Shown: positions 30,356-40,294, counted from the stretch's first letter. The stretch: 64,000 bases of DNA from Candidatus Poribacteria bacterium (GCA_965198235.1 OZ240248.1:3552001-3616000); one strand, 5' to 3'. Program-made: numbers and translations. The notes: generated by a model not told the origin, from the letters alone.

Positions 30356-30964
30356 TTATTCAGTTTCATCAATCCCTAAGCTTCCAAGGATTTGTTGCAC
30401 CAGTTCAGCCTTAGGCTTTGCTCCGATGAAGCCCTGGACAATTTCTCCATCTTTGAATACGATATAGGTGGGCGTTCCACGAATGTGATATTCAGCCGTT
30501 TTCTCCAGTTGGGTATTTACATCCAACTTGACGAAACTAAATATCTCGCGATATTCCAATGCAACTTCTGCGACCACCGGTCTCATCAGTATGCAAAATG
30601 CTCAGGTATCGTCTTTAAATTCTACCACAATGGGGAGTTCGGAACCCAAGACAATATCGTCAAACGTCGCATCCGTGACTTCAAACGGGATACCGGATCT
30701 CCTACCAAAATGGCTTGCGACGCGTGTCAAATCGAGGATATTGACGGTGCCGTCACCGTTGACATCCGGGTTAAGGGGCTGATCTGCGGTGGGTGTCGTG
30801 CCAAAGTTTGCGGCGACGAGTGTCAAATCGAGAATGTTTATCACGCCATCGGCATTAACATCGGAGGCACTCAGGGCATCAAAAACCGCGTCTTGTGTGT
30901 AGCCTACAATTGAACTTGTAAGCATTAAGCAGGTCGTTAGCAGTAAAACGGTGATTTTTTTCAT
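30356..30964 (-). CDS. Putative secreted selenoprotein (202 aa): signal peptide, dockerin, thioredoxin with UAFC
   Basis: ATG 30964 gives MKKITVLLLTTC and two DVNxDGxxNILDL repeats. In-frame TGA(30604-30602)-GCA-TTT-TGC-ATA-CTG continues into ORF 30356-30586 (RGTPT cis-Pro loop). Confidence 0.85.
30560..30595 (-). promoter_or_regulatory. Candidate bacterial SECIS hairpin
   Basis: mRNA UGCA-UA-CUG-AUGA-GACC-GGU-GGUC-G-CAG-AAGU-UGCA. Apical loop GGU lies 23 nt 3' of the UGA. Confidence 0.5.
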
Positions 30965-30984
30965 CTGTTTTTTCCGTATGTGGT

Positions 30985-32013
30985 TTATGCATGTGCTTGG
31001 TGCCATTCTTGAACTGCTTCGGGAATCGCTTGGAGATTCTCGATTGTCGTTTGAAGTGGGATTGCACACTCCGGTCCGATCAATGGGACACCTGCCTCAA
31101 GGTTTTTTACGACCTCTGCTTTAACGTCTTCCGGCTCTTTAGAAAACAGCGTTTCGGGGTTGTTGATGTTTCCGACGAGGGCAATGCGCTCCTGAACGAT
31201 GTCCATGGATTCTTGGGGTTCGTTTTTGGAATCGTAGTGGAAGGCGGACATGCCGGTCTGTGCGATGTACTCCATTCTATCAACAGTGCGCCCGCAGATA
31301 TGCAGGATTAAGGGAATAGGGATCCGTTCAACAAATTCGATGTGGAGGTCCCGAAGATAGCGTTGGTAGTATTCGCCACTGACGAGATCGCCTGTGGCGT
31401 GGTCGGGGAGCGTCAGCGCGTCGGCACCTGCCTCAATTTGTGCGACCCCGAATTGTACGGTGGCTTCCTTCATCCGATCGAGTGCGAGTTTCGTTTTACC
31501 GGGATCGTCAAGTGAGAGCAACAGGAAGGGTTCAACCCCGAAGCAGTGGTAACCGAGCGACCAGGGTCCCATCGTTTTCCCGATGACAGCGATTTCATCG
31601 CCGTATTCTTTCTTCAGGATTTTAATCGCTTCGAGGACGCACTGGGTATCGGGATGGGTCAAGAAATCGTCCGGTATAGCGATGTCGTCAACATCTTCCC
31701 AGATCGGTTCTCGCATTCTAACGGTGGGCCAGTTGTCCTTCTGTTCCCACTGAATTTTACAACCGAGTGCACTGGATTCTTGAATGATCGTGAAAACAGG
31801 CATGATGGTGTCGAATCCGAGTTCGGTATATCCTGTGGCGGCGAGTCGCGCCATGAGTTCCGGTTCTCGATTTGCCTGTGGGAAAGGGGCATCAACGAGA
31901 TCCATCAGTTCGACTGTAGCAACAGAAGTAGGGTTGCAGATAGGCGTGCGGTCGGTCGGTTCATTACGGAGCGCGGCGAGCACCCGTTCACGACCTGTCA
32001 TCGGTGTTTGCAT
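30985..32013 (-). CDS. MtaA/CmuA-family methylcobamide methyltransferase (URO-D superfamily)
   Basis: MTGRERVLAAL, GPWSL, QIEAGAD, Zn ligands LHICG and PECAIP. Confidence 0.85.
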   Translation of the reverse strand: MQTPMTGRERVLAALRNEPTDRTPICNPTSVATVELMDLVDAPFPQANREPELMARLAATGYTELGFDTIMPVFTIIQESSALGCKIQWEQKDNWPTVRMREPIWEDVDDIAIPDDFLTHPDTQCVLEAIKILKKEYGDEIAVIGKTMGPWSLGYHCFGVEPFLLLSLDDPGKTKLALDRMKEATVQFGVAQIEAGADALTLPDHATGDLVSGEYYQRYLRDLHIEFVERIPIPLILHICGRTVDRMEYIAQTGMSAFHYDSKNEPQESMDIVQERIALVGNINNPETLFSKEPEDVKAEVVKNLEAGVPLIGPECAIPLQTTIENLQAIPEAVQEWHQAHA

Positions 32014-32025
32014 CTTCAGTTTCCT

Positions 32026-32682
32026 TTAGGTTTGTTGGCTCGGAGCAGAAAGCACGCCGCGTGCGGTGCCCATCTCTTCTTCTCGCAGGACGACTCTGAC
32101 GTTCGGGGCGCGGATCAGCAGAAGTCCGATAAGTGCGTCATGGGATTGTCCGCATGCAAAACTGACCGTGTCATTATTGTCGGTTTCAATGCTGTCCATT
32201 TCGCCCAATTTCATCAAGCCGCCTGCGATCGCTGAGATTCGTCGTGCTGCGCCTCTGCCTTCACCATTTGCACTCACCTGATAGGTGCCGTTTCCAGTTG
32301 AATCGACGGTGATGGTGAGTCGCGATTTTCTATCCAGTATGTTTAAAGGGCGTGGTTCGGTATGGGTGTTTGATGCGAGTTTGCATGCCTCCAAGAAAAC
32401 GCGACGACACGCGGCTTCATGAACGTTTTTACAAGGGAAATAAAGCATGCCTTCGGGGGTTTTTAGCATGCCACCGAGTGTCTGCATTGTTTGGGCAACT
32501 TCCTTGATTCTCTCGGTAGCACCTGTCATTTGGCTATAGGTATGCACCAGAAAAGCGGGGAAATTCCTTCCAGTCGTTGCATCGGCAATTTGCTGGCAAT
32601 AGAGCCCAATGGTGATGTCATGGAAGTGTGGATCGATGGGTATGAGTTCAATGCGTCTACCGATGTCAACAATGCGTCGCAT
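32026..32682 (-). CDS. Hypothetical protein
   Basis: RBS GAGGA and ATG 32682. Co-oriented with and tightly spaced to its neighbours. Confidence 0.7.
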   Translation of the reverse strand: MRRIVDIGRRIELIPIDPHFHDITIGLYCQQIADATTGRNFPAFLVHTYSQMTGATERIKEVAQTMQTLGGMLKTPEGMLYFPCKNVHEAACRRVFLEACKLASNTHTEPRPLNILDRKSRLTITVDSTGNGTYQVSANGEGRGAARRISAIAGGLMKLGEMDSIETDNNDTVSFACGQSHDALIGLLLIRAPNVRVVLREEEMGTARGVLSAPSQQT

Positions 32683-32701
32683 AGGGATTTCCTCACAGCA
32701 A

Positions 32702-33661
32702 TTAGCGGCGGACGAGTCTACCGCCGTAGTGATTTTCATAGATATATTTATAAGCGCGTTCGGAAAGCCTGCGCAAGATATAGGCGCGCCGATTTCTCCA
32801 ATTGGTAAAAGACTGCCAGCGATTTCTTCGATTCGTTTTCGTTCTGTCCTCCATCAGCCCAATAAAAACATAAGGTCTCAGTTTGCCTCGCGGATCTCGA
32901 AAAACTAATATGCCGCCGTCTCCTACCAATCCGTAAACAGTACCGGTTTTGTTATAAACCGTCACCGATGAGGGGATGTAGGTTTTTTTAAAGATGTAGT
33001 CTCCGTTTTTGAGTTTGAAGTACCATTTCATTTTTGAAGAATGAGGGAGTCGCCCGTGCCACAACCGCAGGAAAAACGTGCCAATATCCCGCGCGGACGT
33101 CATATTCCTGTAAGTCCGTCCTCCCCGTGGTATGTATTCAACAATCCGAGTCTGCTTAAAATAGGGATAATTAACTTTCAGTATCCGATTTACCCGTGCC
33201 GGTCCGCCAAGTAACCGAATAAAGTAGTTAGTTGATAGATTTGAGCTCCTCTGAATCATTGCTGTCAGGTGTCCCCTATTTATAGCAGTGTGTGCTTGCC
33301 GTCCATATTTAACTTCATGAAAATAGGCGAGCATAACAAAATTCTTAGCAAGTGAGGCTGCCATCATCTGCCGATCTTCGTTGATCGACACTATTTTTTT
33401 ATTTTTTGAAATGTCGTAGACGACGAAACTCGTCCGATCGGTTGTTGACAGAATCCGACGATTCCGCTTGTTTTTGATATAGAGCTCAAAGTTTGCCTCC
33501 AAAGGCGAATCGATCGTCCCTCGGAGTTTACTTGGGATGCTCCAATATTTTGCCGCTGGCGCGCTACATATCGGAAATAATAGCACGATACTACAACAGA
33601 TTGCGAGAGGGTATAAATTTCGTATATATCTAAACATTCTGTCATCTATTTCCTTTCTCAT
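32702..33661 (-). CDS. Class A beta-lactamase-like serine hydrolase
   Basis: SxxK (ASLAK), SxN (SSN) and KTG motifs, signal-like N-terminus. Alternative start at 33637. Confidence 0.8.
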   Translation of the reverse strand: MRKEIDDRMFRYIRNLYPLAICCSIVLLFPICSAPAAKYWSIPSKLRGTIDSPLEANFELYIKNKRNRRILSTTDRTSFVVYDISKNKKIVSINEDRQMMAASLAKNFVMLAYFHEVKYGRQAHTAINRGHLTAMIQRSSNLSTNYFIRLLGGPARVNRILKVNYPYFKQTRIVEYIPRGGRTYRNMTSARDIGTFFLRLWHGRLPHSSKMKWYFKLKNGDYIFKKTYIPSSVTVYNKTGTVYGLVGDGGILVFRDPRGKLRPYVFIGLMEDRTKTNRRNRWQSFTNWRNRRAYILRRLSERAYKYIYENHYGGRLVRR

Positions 33662-33726
33662 TCTTCTTTCCTTAACAGGTGAAGGGAATGTTATTTATGA
33701 ATGCGAGCATACATCTGAGTTGTGAA

Positions 33727-35268
33727 TCACTCAATGTTGGAGTTAATATCGGTATTAATAGTTGGTAACTGATAGCACGCCGCCTCGCGATCGCTCCGAA
33801 CAAGCAAATAATCACCGGCAAGTGCGGGTGTGTTCCAAGCTCTACCCTTTACGGCTGCGAAGCGTGCGTGTTCTATATGGATGTTCGGGTTTGGGTCTAC
33901 GAGTACAACTTCGCCGGATTCGGTCAGGACGAGGAAAACATCGGAAATCAGGAGAGTCTGTCCGTGTCCATATCTACCTCGTTTCCATTGACGTGTGCCA
34001 TCGACTGGGTTTACACAGGCAAAGATCCCATCGTCCAATCCATACAGATAGTCGTTGTAGTAAATGATGTTAGTGAATTTGGCTTTTAGATATATAGTCT
34101 CCCATATAATAGAGACGTTGAATTCACCTATCGGGTTACGAGAAATTTGGAACAATTTAGCACCGACACCGTAACCGCTTGAGACAAGAAGTTTGTCATC
34201 AGGTAGCGGGACGGGTTGCGATACACATTCCACTGAGGGGGGCCACGGTTGCATCCATAAGAGTTCACCGCTCAACGGTTCATGCGCCGTGACGAGTCCT
34301 TGGTTAAAAATCACGATTTGCTCTACACCTGCCAGAGTGGTGAGGAATGGTGAGCTGTAACCGCTCTTGGTCCTGTATCCTATCCAAGCAACTTCGCCGG
34401 TCTCTCTGTGATACGCAACTGCGCCGCCAGCACTGACGACGACGAGTTCACCGAAAACGAGTGGCGAAATACTGACACCCCAAGGGGGTGCGTCTGCCTT
34501 GTGCGCTTTAAAGATATTGGTTGTCCAGAGTTGTTCTCCCGTTTCAAAGTCGAGGCAATTGAAAATCCCTGTTGAACCGACGGTGTAAACCCTGTTCCCT
34601 GAAATCGTTGGTGTTGCTCGCGGACCAAGTCCAGCGAGAGGTGTGTTGTATTTCGCGCGATCTTGGTGGCTCCACTTTACTTCGCCGGTGTGTAATTCAT
34701 AACAGACCACTTTTTCCCAGTCGTCTTCCTGTTCTTGCGTGATTGCTGAATTACCGGCAATTGCGAATCCTGACCAACCTGCGCCGACAGGTCGCCGCCA
34801 CACTAACTTCGGTGGAGAGGATTCCCAATCAAGTTTCAATTGAGTTGTGGATATGACACCATTTCGATTCTGTCCGAGGAATTGTGGATAGTCGGTTGTG
34901 GACATTTGGAGGTCGGACGAGTTTTCAGAACTGGGTCGGAGGGTCGTTTGCTCCTCTTGCCAACGCCATTCAAATATCGGGACGAGGTCGCCGCTGAATC
35001 CTTTGAATTGGAATAGGTTGGTGCTGAGAAGAACACCCAAAGCGATCACCGCAAGAGCAAGTAACTTAACCCGCCATCTCATCTCAGAGAGGAATAATAA
35101 CCATAATATGCTCAAGATGATTGTGCCGATGACAATCATGGTGGTTAAGAGGATTTTGTCTTGGCGATGGCCCGCGTCCGAAATCCATGTCACCAGCGTC
35201 CCTAAAATGGCTAAGATGATGACAACCCAAAGGGGCCACCAGCGGATCGATTTTGGGGTGTGTTCCAC
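33727..35268 (-). CDS. Membrane-anchored PQQ-binding-like beta-propeller protein
   Basis: Three N-terminal TMs, YPQFLGQNRNG, repeated TGE..W blades, GPRATPTI, GYSSP. Confidence 0.85.
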   Translation of the reverse strand: MEHTPKSIRWWPLWVVIILAILGTLVTWISDAGHRQDKILLTTMIVIGTIILSILWLLFLSEMRWRVKLLALAVIALGVLLSTNLFQFKGFSGDLVPIFEWRWQEEQTTLRPSSENSSDLQMSTTDYPQFLGQNRNGVISTTQLKLDWESSPPKLVWRRPVGAGWSGFAIAGNSAITQEQEDDWEKVVCYELHTGEVKWSHQDRAKYNTPLAGLGPRATPTISGNRVYTVGSTGIFNCLDFETGEQLWTTNIFKAHKADAPPWGVSISPLVFGELVVVSAGGAVAYHRETGEVAWIGYRTKSGYSSPFLTTLAGVEQIVIFNQGLVTAHEPLSGELLWMQPWPPSVECVSQPVPLPDDKLLVSSGYGVGAKLFQISRNPIGEFNVSIIWETIYLKAKFTNIIYYNDYLYGLDDGIFACVNPVDGTRQWKRGRYGHGQTLLISDVFLVLTESGEVVLVDPNPNIHIEHARFAAVKGRAWNTPALAGDYLLVRSDREAACYQLPTINTDINSNIE

Positions 35269-35516
35269 TATAAGAGTTCCTTTTTGCCTTCATGAAACGT
35301 GAAATTCTGCCTAAATTTCAACGTTCTACGCTATCTTACTAACTATAATAGTGTTTTTTATTAAAGATTGTCAAGGGGAAATTTGTGGGGCACTGGGATG
35401 AACGCATTCTTCCTGCTGTAAATCGTATGAAACTTTGCATAAGGAAAGGACGTTATGATAAAATATTATAACACAGAGGAACGAAGAACAGAAATTGTCT
35501 GAAAGGAGAAAATCGG

Positions 35517-36290
35517 ATGCGTTTTGAGAACAAGGTTGCATTGGTGACGGGTGGTGGTGGACCGTTAGGTATCGGGAGAGCGGCGTGTTTGGCGTTCGCT
35601 CGTGAAGGCGCTTCTGTCGTTGTTGCCGGAGGTAGAAGTGCAGAGGCTGTTGCCGCCGAGGTCCGCGCCGAGGGTGGAAAAGCCATTGCTGTTCCATTAG
35701 ATGTTACCGTGCCTGAGGAAGTTCAGGAAGCCGTAGAGATTGCAGTGGGGACATTTGAACGGATCGATATTCTCTTCAATAACGCGGGAATTCTCGGTAG
35801 GCAGCCGTTGTTTGAAGTGACACCAGAGCAGTTTGACACGGTAATGGCGGTTAATGTAAAAGGGTGTCTGCTCTGTGCGCAAGCGGTCGCTCAAGTGATG
35901 ATTGCTCAAGGCATACGAGGACGAATCATTAACAACTCATCTATTTTTGCCGAGGAATCTCATGTCGGTGTTTTGAGTTATTGTGTGAGTAAAGCTGCGC
36001 TGAATAGGCTCACGCGGAGTCTTGCACTGGAACTTCGTCCGCACGGTATCACCGTGAATGCTGTCGCACCAGGGGGTGGCGCGCCGACCGGTATAAATGC
36101 TTCACGAAATCTTCCTGAAGATGACACTCTACCCGATTTACCGTCTGCTTCACCGGACGCCCCTCCGCTGGAACGGGGGGCAACAGTGTGGGACTATATC
36201 GGTGCAGTGTTGTTTCTTGCCTCTGATGAAGCCGCCTATATTAGTGGTGATATTATGACGATTGACGGGGGATCCGTCTCGCGTCGATGA
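35517..36290 (+). CDS. Short-chain dehydrogenase/reductase
   Basis: VTGGGGPLGIG, NNAG, YCVSK catalytic motif. Confidence 0.92.
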   Translation: MRFENKVALVTGGGGPLGIGRAACLAFAREGASVVVAGGRSAEAVAAEVRAEGGKAIAVPLDVTVPEEVQEAVEIAVGTFERIDILFNNAGILGRQPLFEVTPEQFDTVMAVNVKGCLLCAQAVAQVMIAQGIRGRIINNSSIFAEESHVGVLSYCVSKAALNRLTRSLALELRPHGITVNAVAPGGGAPTGINASRNLPEDDTLPDLPSASPDAPPLERGATVWDYIGAVLFLASDEAAYISGDIMTIDGGSVSRR

Positions 36291-36313
36291 ATTGTGATTA
36301 GGAGAAGACTTTC

Positions 36314-36757
36314 TTGTCGTTTATTGGTATGTTAAAAACTTACTGTCACCTACTCTTTGAATGGCTAAAGGCGTATGGGGTGATGCTGGTTGGTGTCTCT
36401 GTCGCGAGTTTTATCGTTAGCATCCTCTTTTGCACGCTGGTTATTGCCTACTTACCTTCTGACTATTTCTTGCCTAATAGACGGGAGAACCGTATCAGGC
36501 AACCCGTTTTACGGATAGGTCTCAAGTGCTTAAAAAACCTGCTCGCGGTCATACTTGTTGTGGTGGGAATTATTCAGATACCCTTACCGGGACAGGGTGT
36601 TTTGACGATGCTGATAGGCATTATTATCAGCGATATTCCCGGAAAGCGGAGGTTGGAATGTCGGATTATACGTTCGCCGGTCGTCTTAGCGACTGCAAAC
36701 GGCATTCGTTCCCGCTTTAAACGTCCGTTGCTTATGTTAGATGAGTCAGTGGAATAG
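36314..36757 (+). CDS. Small membrane protein (PGPGW-like)
   Basis: Hydrophobic helices and LPGQGVLT...DIPGKR motif. Confidence 0.65.
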   Translation: MSFIGMLKTYCHLLFEWLKAYGVMLVGVSVASFIVSILFCTLVIAYLPSDYFLPNRRENRIRQPVLRIGLKCLKNLLAVILVVVGIIQIPLPGQGVLTMLIGIIISDIPGKRRLECRIIRSPVVLATANGIRSRFKRPLLMLDESVE

Positions 36758-36824
36758 AAGCCGTTCGCGGAATGGAAGCATCTGGTTCAGGGTCGTCATC
36801 AGGATATGGACGGAGACGATGGGA

Positions 36825-37580
36825 CTACCGTGGCACCAATTGCTTGTGAATCTCCAATAACCGCTGAAGCTCTTCGATCGGCTTCTCGGCATCGTCCACT
36901 CGTAAATCGATGTACCGGTCATTGAACCTGCCGTAGCCGCTGGCTTCTTGAACGACGAGCAGGGCGGCTGACTGTTGTCCCCGTGTATCGCCCCCTGCCT
37001 CTTGTCCAGCGAAGAGTGCCGCCATTAATTTATCCGCCAGTTCGCCGTCTGTTTCCTCGAACGCTTTGCCCATCGCCTTGACGACTTCTTCACCGGCGAG
37101 GATGTTGCCTTGAGCCGTGTAATGTTTACCTGAGACGGCACCTGCCCACTCGTTGCATTCATCTCCCGTATAGTTAGCGACAGTGCCCTTCGCATCCACG
37201 ATACCTACCTGACGCGTTGCACGTCCCGAATCATCTGCGATGAGACGTTCCAAGGTCTGTTCAGCGGAGAGTCCGCTTTTGAGCAGTTTTAAACCGTTGG
37301 GACCGAAGGTCGTATTTGCCCAAGATTGGGTCGCAATTGCGCCAACACCTGCTTCTGCCCATGGGACAACCGAGCCAACAGCGAAAAATTTGGATTGCAC
37401 AGCAATCCCAAGAGCACCCGTTTCTGTGTCATATCCGACAATTGAAAACGTCGCGACGGGAGGCAGAACAGGTCTTTCACTGGGTATGTCGGGTTCAGAA
37501 AGATGGAACAGTAGGCTAAGGGGAATGAAAAGCATCGTGTGTATCTCCCATAACAACAAAGCGGGCTTAATCTTCTTCAA
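36825..37580 (-). CDS. DUF1028 domain protein (Ntn-hydrolase-like)
   Basis: TFSIVG.D...GIAVQS..FAVG.VVPWA, GGDTRGQQSAAL, DLRVDD. Confidence 0.85.
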   Translation of the reverse strand: MKKIKPALLLWEIHTMLFIPLSLLFHLSEPDIPSERPVLPPVATFSIVGYDTETGALGIAVQSKFFAVGSVVPWAEAGVGAIATQSWANTTFGPNGLKLLKSGLSAEQTLERLIADDSGRATRQVGIVDAKGTVANYTGDECNEWAGAVSGKHYTAQGNILAGEEVVKAMGKAFEETDGELADKLMAALFAGQEAGGDTRGQQSAALLVVQEASGYGRFNDRYIDLRVDDAEKPIEELQRLLEIHKQLVPR

Positions 37581-38865
37581 ATCGGATTTTCATAGCGGCG
37601 GCGTGCCCTTCAAGTCCTTCAACCTCAGCGAGTTTAACGACTGCTGGTGTGACTTCTTCTAAAGCCGCCTTGGTGTATGAGATGAGACTTGACTTCTTTA
37701 GGAAATCATCGACGCTGAGTGGCGAGGCGTAGCGTGCGGCTGTCCCTGTAGGCAAGACGTGGTTCGGTCCTGCAATGTAATCCCCAACGGCTTCTGGCGA
37801 ATAGGGACCTATGAGGATAGCGCCGGCATTATGCACGTTTCCGAGCCAATCAAATGCGTTTTCAATGTGAAGTTCAAGGTGTTCCGGTGCGATTTCGTTG
37901 GCGAGGGTGAACGCCTCCGATAGATTTGAGGTGATAAATGCGGCACCAAAGTTTGCAAATGCCTTTGTAAGTTCGTCGCGGCGAGGTAAGGATTCGCCTT
38001 GAACCTCGATAGCTGCTTTGACTTGTTCGGCGAACCCAAGTGAAGGAGTGATGAGGATTGCAGCAGAGTCGGATTTGTGTTCTGCTTGTGAGATGAGATC
38101 CGCGGCGACGTAATCTGGGTCAGCTGTACTGTCGGCGATGACAAGGATTTCGCTGGGACCCGCTAACTTGTCTATATCAACATGCCCATAGACCTCTTTT
38201 TTGGCAAATTGGACATAAAGGTTCCCCGGTCCGACAATTTTATCGACAGATGGGATGGTCTTGGTGCCGTACGCCATCGCGGCGATGGCTTGCGCGCCGC
38301 CACATTTGTAGATTTCTCGGATACCACATTCTGCGGCAGCAACCAGCATATAGGGGTTAATGTCCCGATTTCGCATTGGAGGGATACAGACAGCGATTTC
38401 TTCAACACCCGCTACGGTAGCGGGGATAACGTTCATCAGCAATGAAGAGACGAGGAGTTGGCTGATGGCTGGAACACAAACACCGATACGCCTTAGCGGA
38501 CGGATTAGATGTCCGAGCAGGACACCATTGGGTTCTGTTGACATCCATGAAGTCCGTAACTGTTTTTGGTGGAATTTTTCGATGTTTGTTCTTGCCTGCG
38601 TGATTGCGTCTATAAATTCAGATGGGACTTCTAAATACGCTTCCCCAAATTTTTCTCGTGATACCTTTAGTTCCTTTGCTGAGATACGGGGTGCGTCGAG
38701 TTTGCGTGTATATCGGACAACCGCTTTATCCCCTTCTGCTTGCACATCACTCAAAGTCCGCCGGACTGTCTTTAAGATACCTTCATCTGCTAACTTACCC
38801 CGCGCCTTCAACTTTGAGAGAAAATCCTCAGCTTTTTGGGTACCCGTCTCGACAATTTGTAACAT
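37567..38865 (-). CDS. hisD: Histidinol dehydrogenase
   Basis: GGAQAIAAMAYGT, KIVGPGN, AGPSE, SQAEH, APEHL, GDYIAGPNHVLPT, EGLEGH. Confidence 0.96.
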   Translation of the reverse strand: MLQIVETGTQKAEDFLSKLKARGKLADEGILKTVRRTLSDVQAEGDKAVVRYTRKLDAPRISAKELKVSREKFGEAYLEVPSEFIDAITQARTNIEKFHQKQLRTSWMSTEPNGVLLGHLIRPLRRIGVCVPAISQLLVSSLLMNVIPATVAGVEEIAVCIPPMRNRDINPYMLVAAAECGIREIYKCGGAQAIAAMAYGTKTIPSVDKIVGPGNLYVQFAKKEVYGHVDIDKLAGPSEILVIADSTADPDYVAADLISQAEHKSDSAAILITPSLGFAEQVKAAIEVQGESLPRRDELTKAFANFGAAFITSNLSEAFTLANEIAPEHLELHIENAFDWLGNVHNAGAILIGPYSPEAVGDYIAGPNHVLPTGTAARYASPLSVDDFLKKSSLISYTKAALEEVTPAVVKLAEVEGLEGHAAAMKIRFEED

Positions 38866-38941
38866 TCTTCAATAATCCTTTCTCTTGGTTTGCGACGTTT
38901 ATAAACAGGACTTAGGAACTTACAAGCGGTGCCAAAAGCGA

Positions 38942-40222
38942 CTAAACTTCTTCGCCGCTGTCACGGACTCTTGTAATATTTGCGCCGATGTTGTTCAGTT
39001 TTTCCTCAATGGATTCATACCCACGATCAATGTGATAGACCCGTGATACGACGGTTTCACCGACTGCTGCCATTCCAGCTGCAACAAGGACAGCACCAGC
39101 ACGCAGATCGGACGCCATCACTGGTGCACCACTGAGTTTGGAGACACCGTTAATCACTGCCTTGCTGCCATCGAGCATGATGTCCGCGCCCATCCGGTTC
39201 AGTTCGGCGGCATGGATGTAGCGATCTGTGTGTACATTTTCGGTGATAACGCTGGTCCCGGATGCGAGGCAGAGCAGTCCCATAATTTGTGCCTGCATAT
39301 CTGTCGGAAAGCCAGGGAAAGGTTCTGTGATGACATCAATACCTCTAATCTCGCGTGGTGTTGTAACGCGGACACCATTGTCATCCCAATCTAATTCGAC
39401 ACCTGCTTCAGTGAGTTTTTCTGAGATGGCGGGAATTTGTTGCGGTGTGATACCTTCGACATAAACATCGCCTCTGGTAATAGCCCCTGCGACAATGAAG
39501 GTGCCTGCCTCAATATCATCGGAGATGACAGTGTGTTCCGTGCCACGCAGCTGCTTGACACCGTGAATTGTCAGGACAGAAGTGCCGATGCCTTCTATAT
39601 CTGCTCCCATCGCATTGAGGAAACGGGCGAGATCAGAGATATGGGGTTCACGTGCTGCGCCACGGATAACCGTGGTGCCTTCAGCCAAAGTGGCAGCCAT
39701 CATAACATTCGCAGTTGCACCGACGCTGGGTCCGTGCTGTCCCATGAGATACATCTCTGTGCCAACGAGACGTTCCGCTTGCGCGTAGATGTATCCGCTT
39801 TCGACTGTGACTTCTGCACCTAAGTGATCCAAACCTCGGATATGCAAGTCGATCGGTCGGGGTCCAATGGCACATCCGCCGGGGAATGAGACTTTTGCCT
39901 TCCCTAATTTCGCCACGAGCGGACCGAGGACATAGATAGATGCGCGCATTTTTCGCACGAGTTCGTAAGGTGCTTCGTATTCTAAGTGGTTTATAGGTTC
40001 AATATAGAGCGAGGATTTTTTTATTTTTGTTGTCGCACCGAGTCCTTCCAACACAGCACTGAGGGTTTTTACGTCTGTTAGATTTGGTACGTTGTGAAGT
40101 ACACTGACCCCGTCGCCGAGGATCGCAGCGGCGACTGCGATAGGTAGAACTGCGTTTTTGCAACCGCTGACTGGAATCCTTCCTTGAAGCCGGGTGCCAC
40201 CTTTGACGATTAATTTTTCCAT
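38942..40222 (-). CDS. murA: UDP-N-acetylglucosamine 1-carboxyvinyltransferase
   Basis: KNAVLPI, KMRASI, PGGCAIGPRPIDLH, PGFPTDMQAQ, DLRAGA, HIDRGY. Confidence 0.97.
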   Translation of the reverse strand: MEKLIVKGGTRLQGRIPVSGCKNAVLPIAVAAAILGDGVSVLHNVPNLTDVKTLSAVLEGLGATTKIKKSSLYIEPINHLEYEAPYELVRKMRASIYVLGPLVAKLGKAKVSFPGGCAIGPRPIDLHIRGLDHLGAEVTVESGYIYAQAERLVGTEMYLMGQHGPSVGATANVMMAATLAEGTTVIRGAAREPHISDLARFLNAMGADIEGIGTSVLTIHGVKQLRGTEHTVISDDIEAGTFIVAGAITRGDVYVEGITPQQIPAISEKLTEAGVELDWDDNGVRVTTPREIRGIDVITEPFPGFPTDMQAQIMGLLCLASGTSVITENVHTDRYIHAAELNRMGADIMLDGSKAVINGVSKLSGAPVMASDLRAGAVLVAAGMAAVGETVVSRVYHIDRGYESIEEKLNNIGANITRVRDSGEEV

Positions 40223-40278
40223 TTCCTTCTCCTTACAAGTTTTCGTCGCCGAATGTAATGGGTTGTGTTAACCCTACT

Positions 40279-40294
40279 TGCATAAACGATGCCA
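40279..40294 (-). promoter_or_regulatory. Sigma54-like (-24/-12) promoter upstream of murA
   Basis: Minus strand TGGCATCGTTTATGCA fits GG-N10-GC, about 55 nt before the ATG. Confidence 0.55.

Noticed and set aside
28603-30964. Treating the thioredoxin halves as pseudogenes or as separate 73-aa and 76-aa genes
   Set aside because: The small ORFs begin after the CxxC position and lack the first strands of the fold. The TGA is at the same catalytic position in two diverged paralogs with intact downstream frames.
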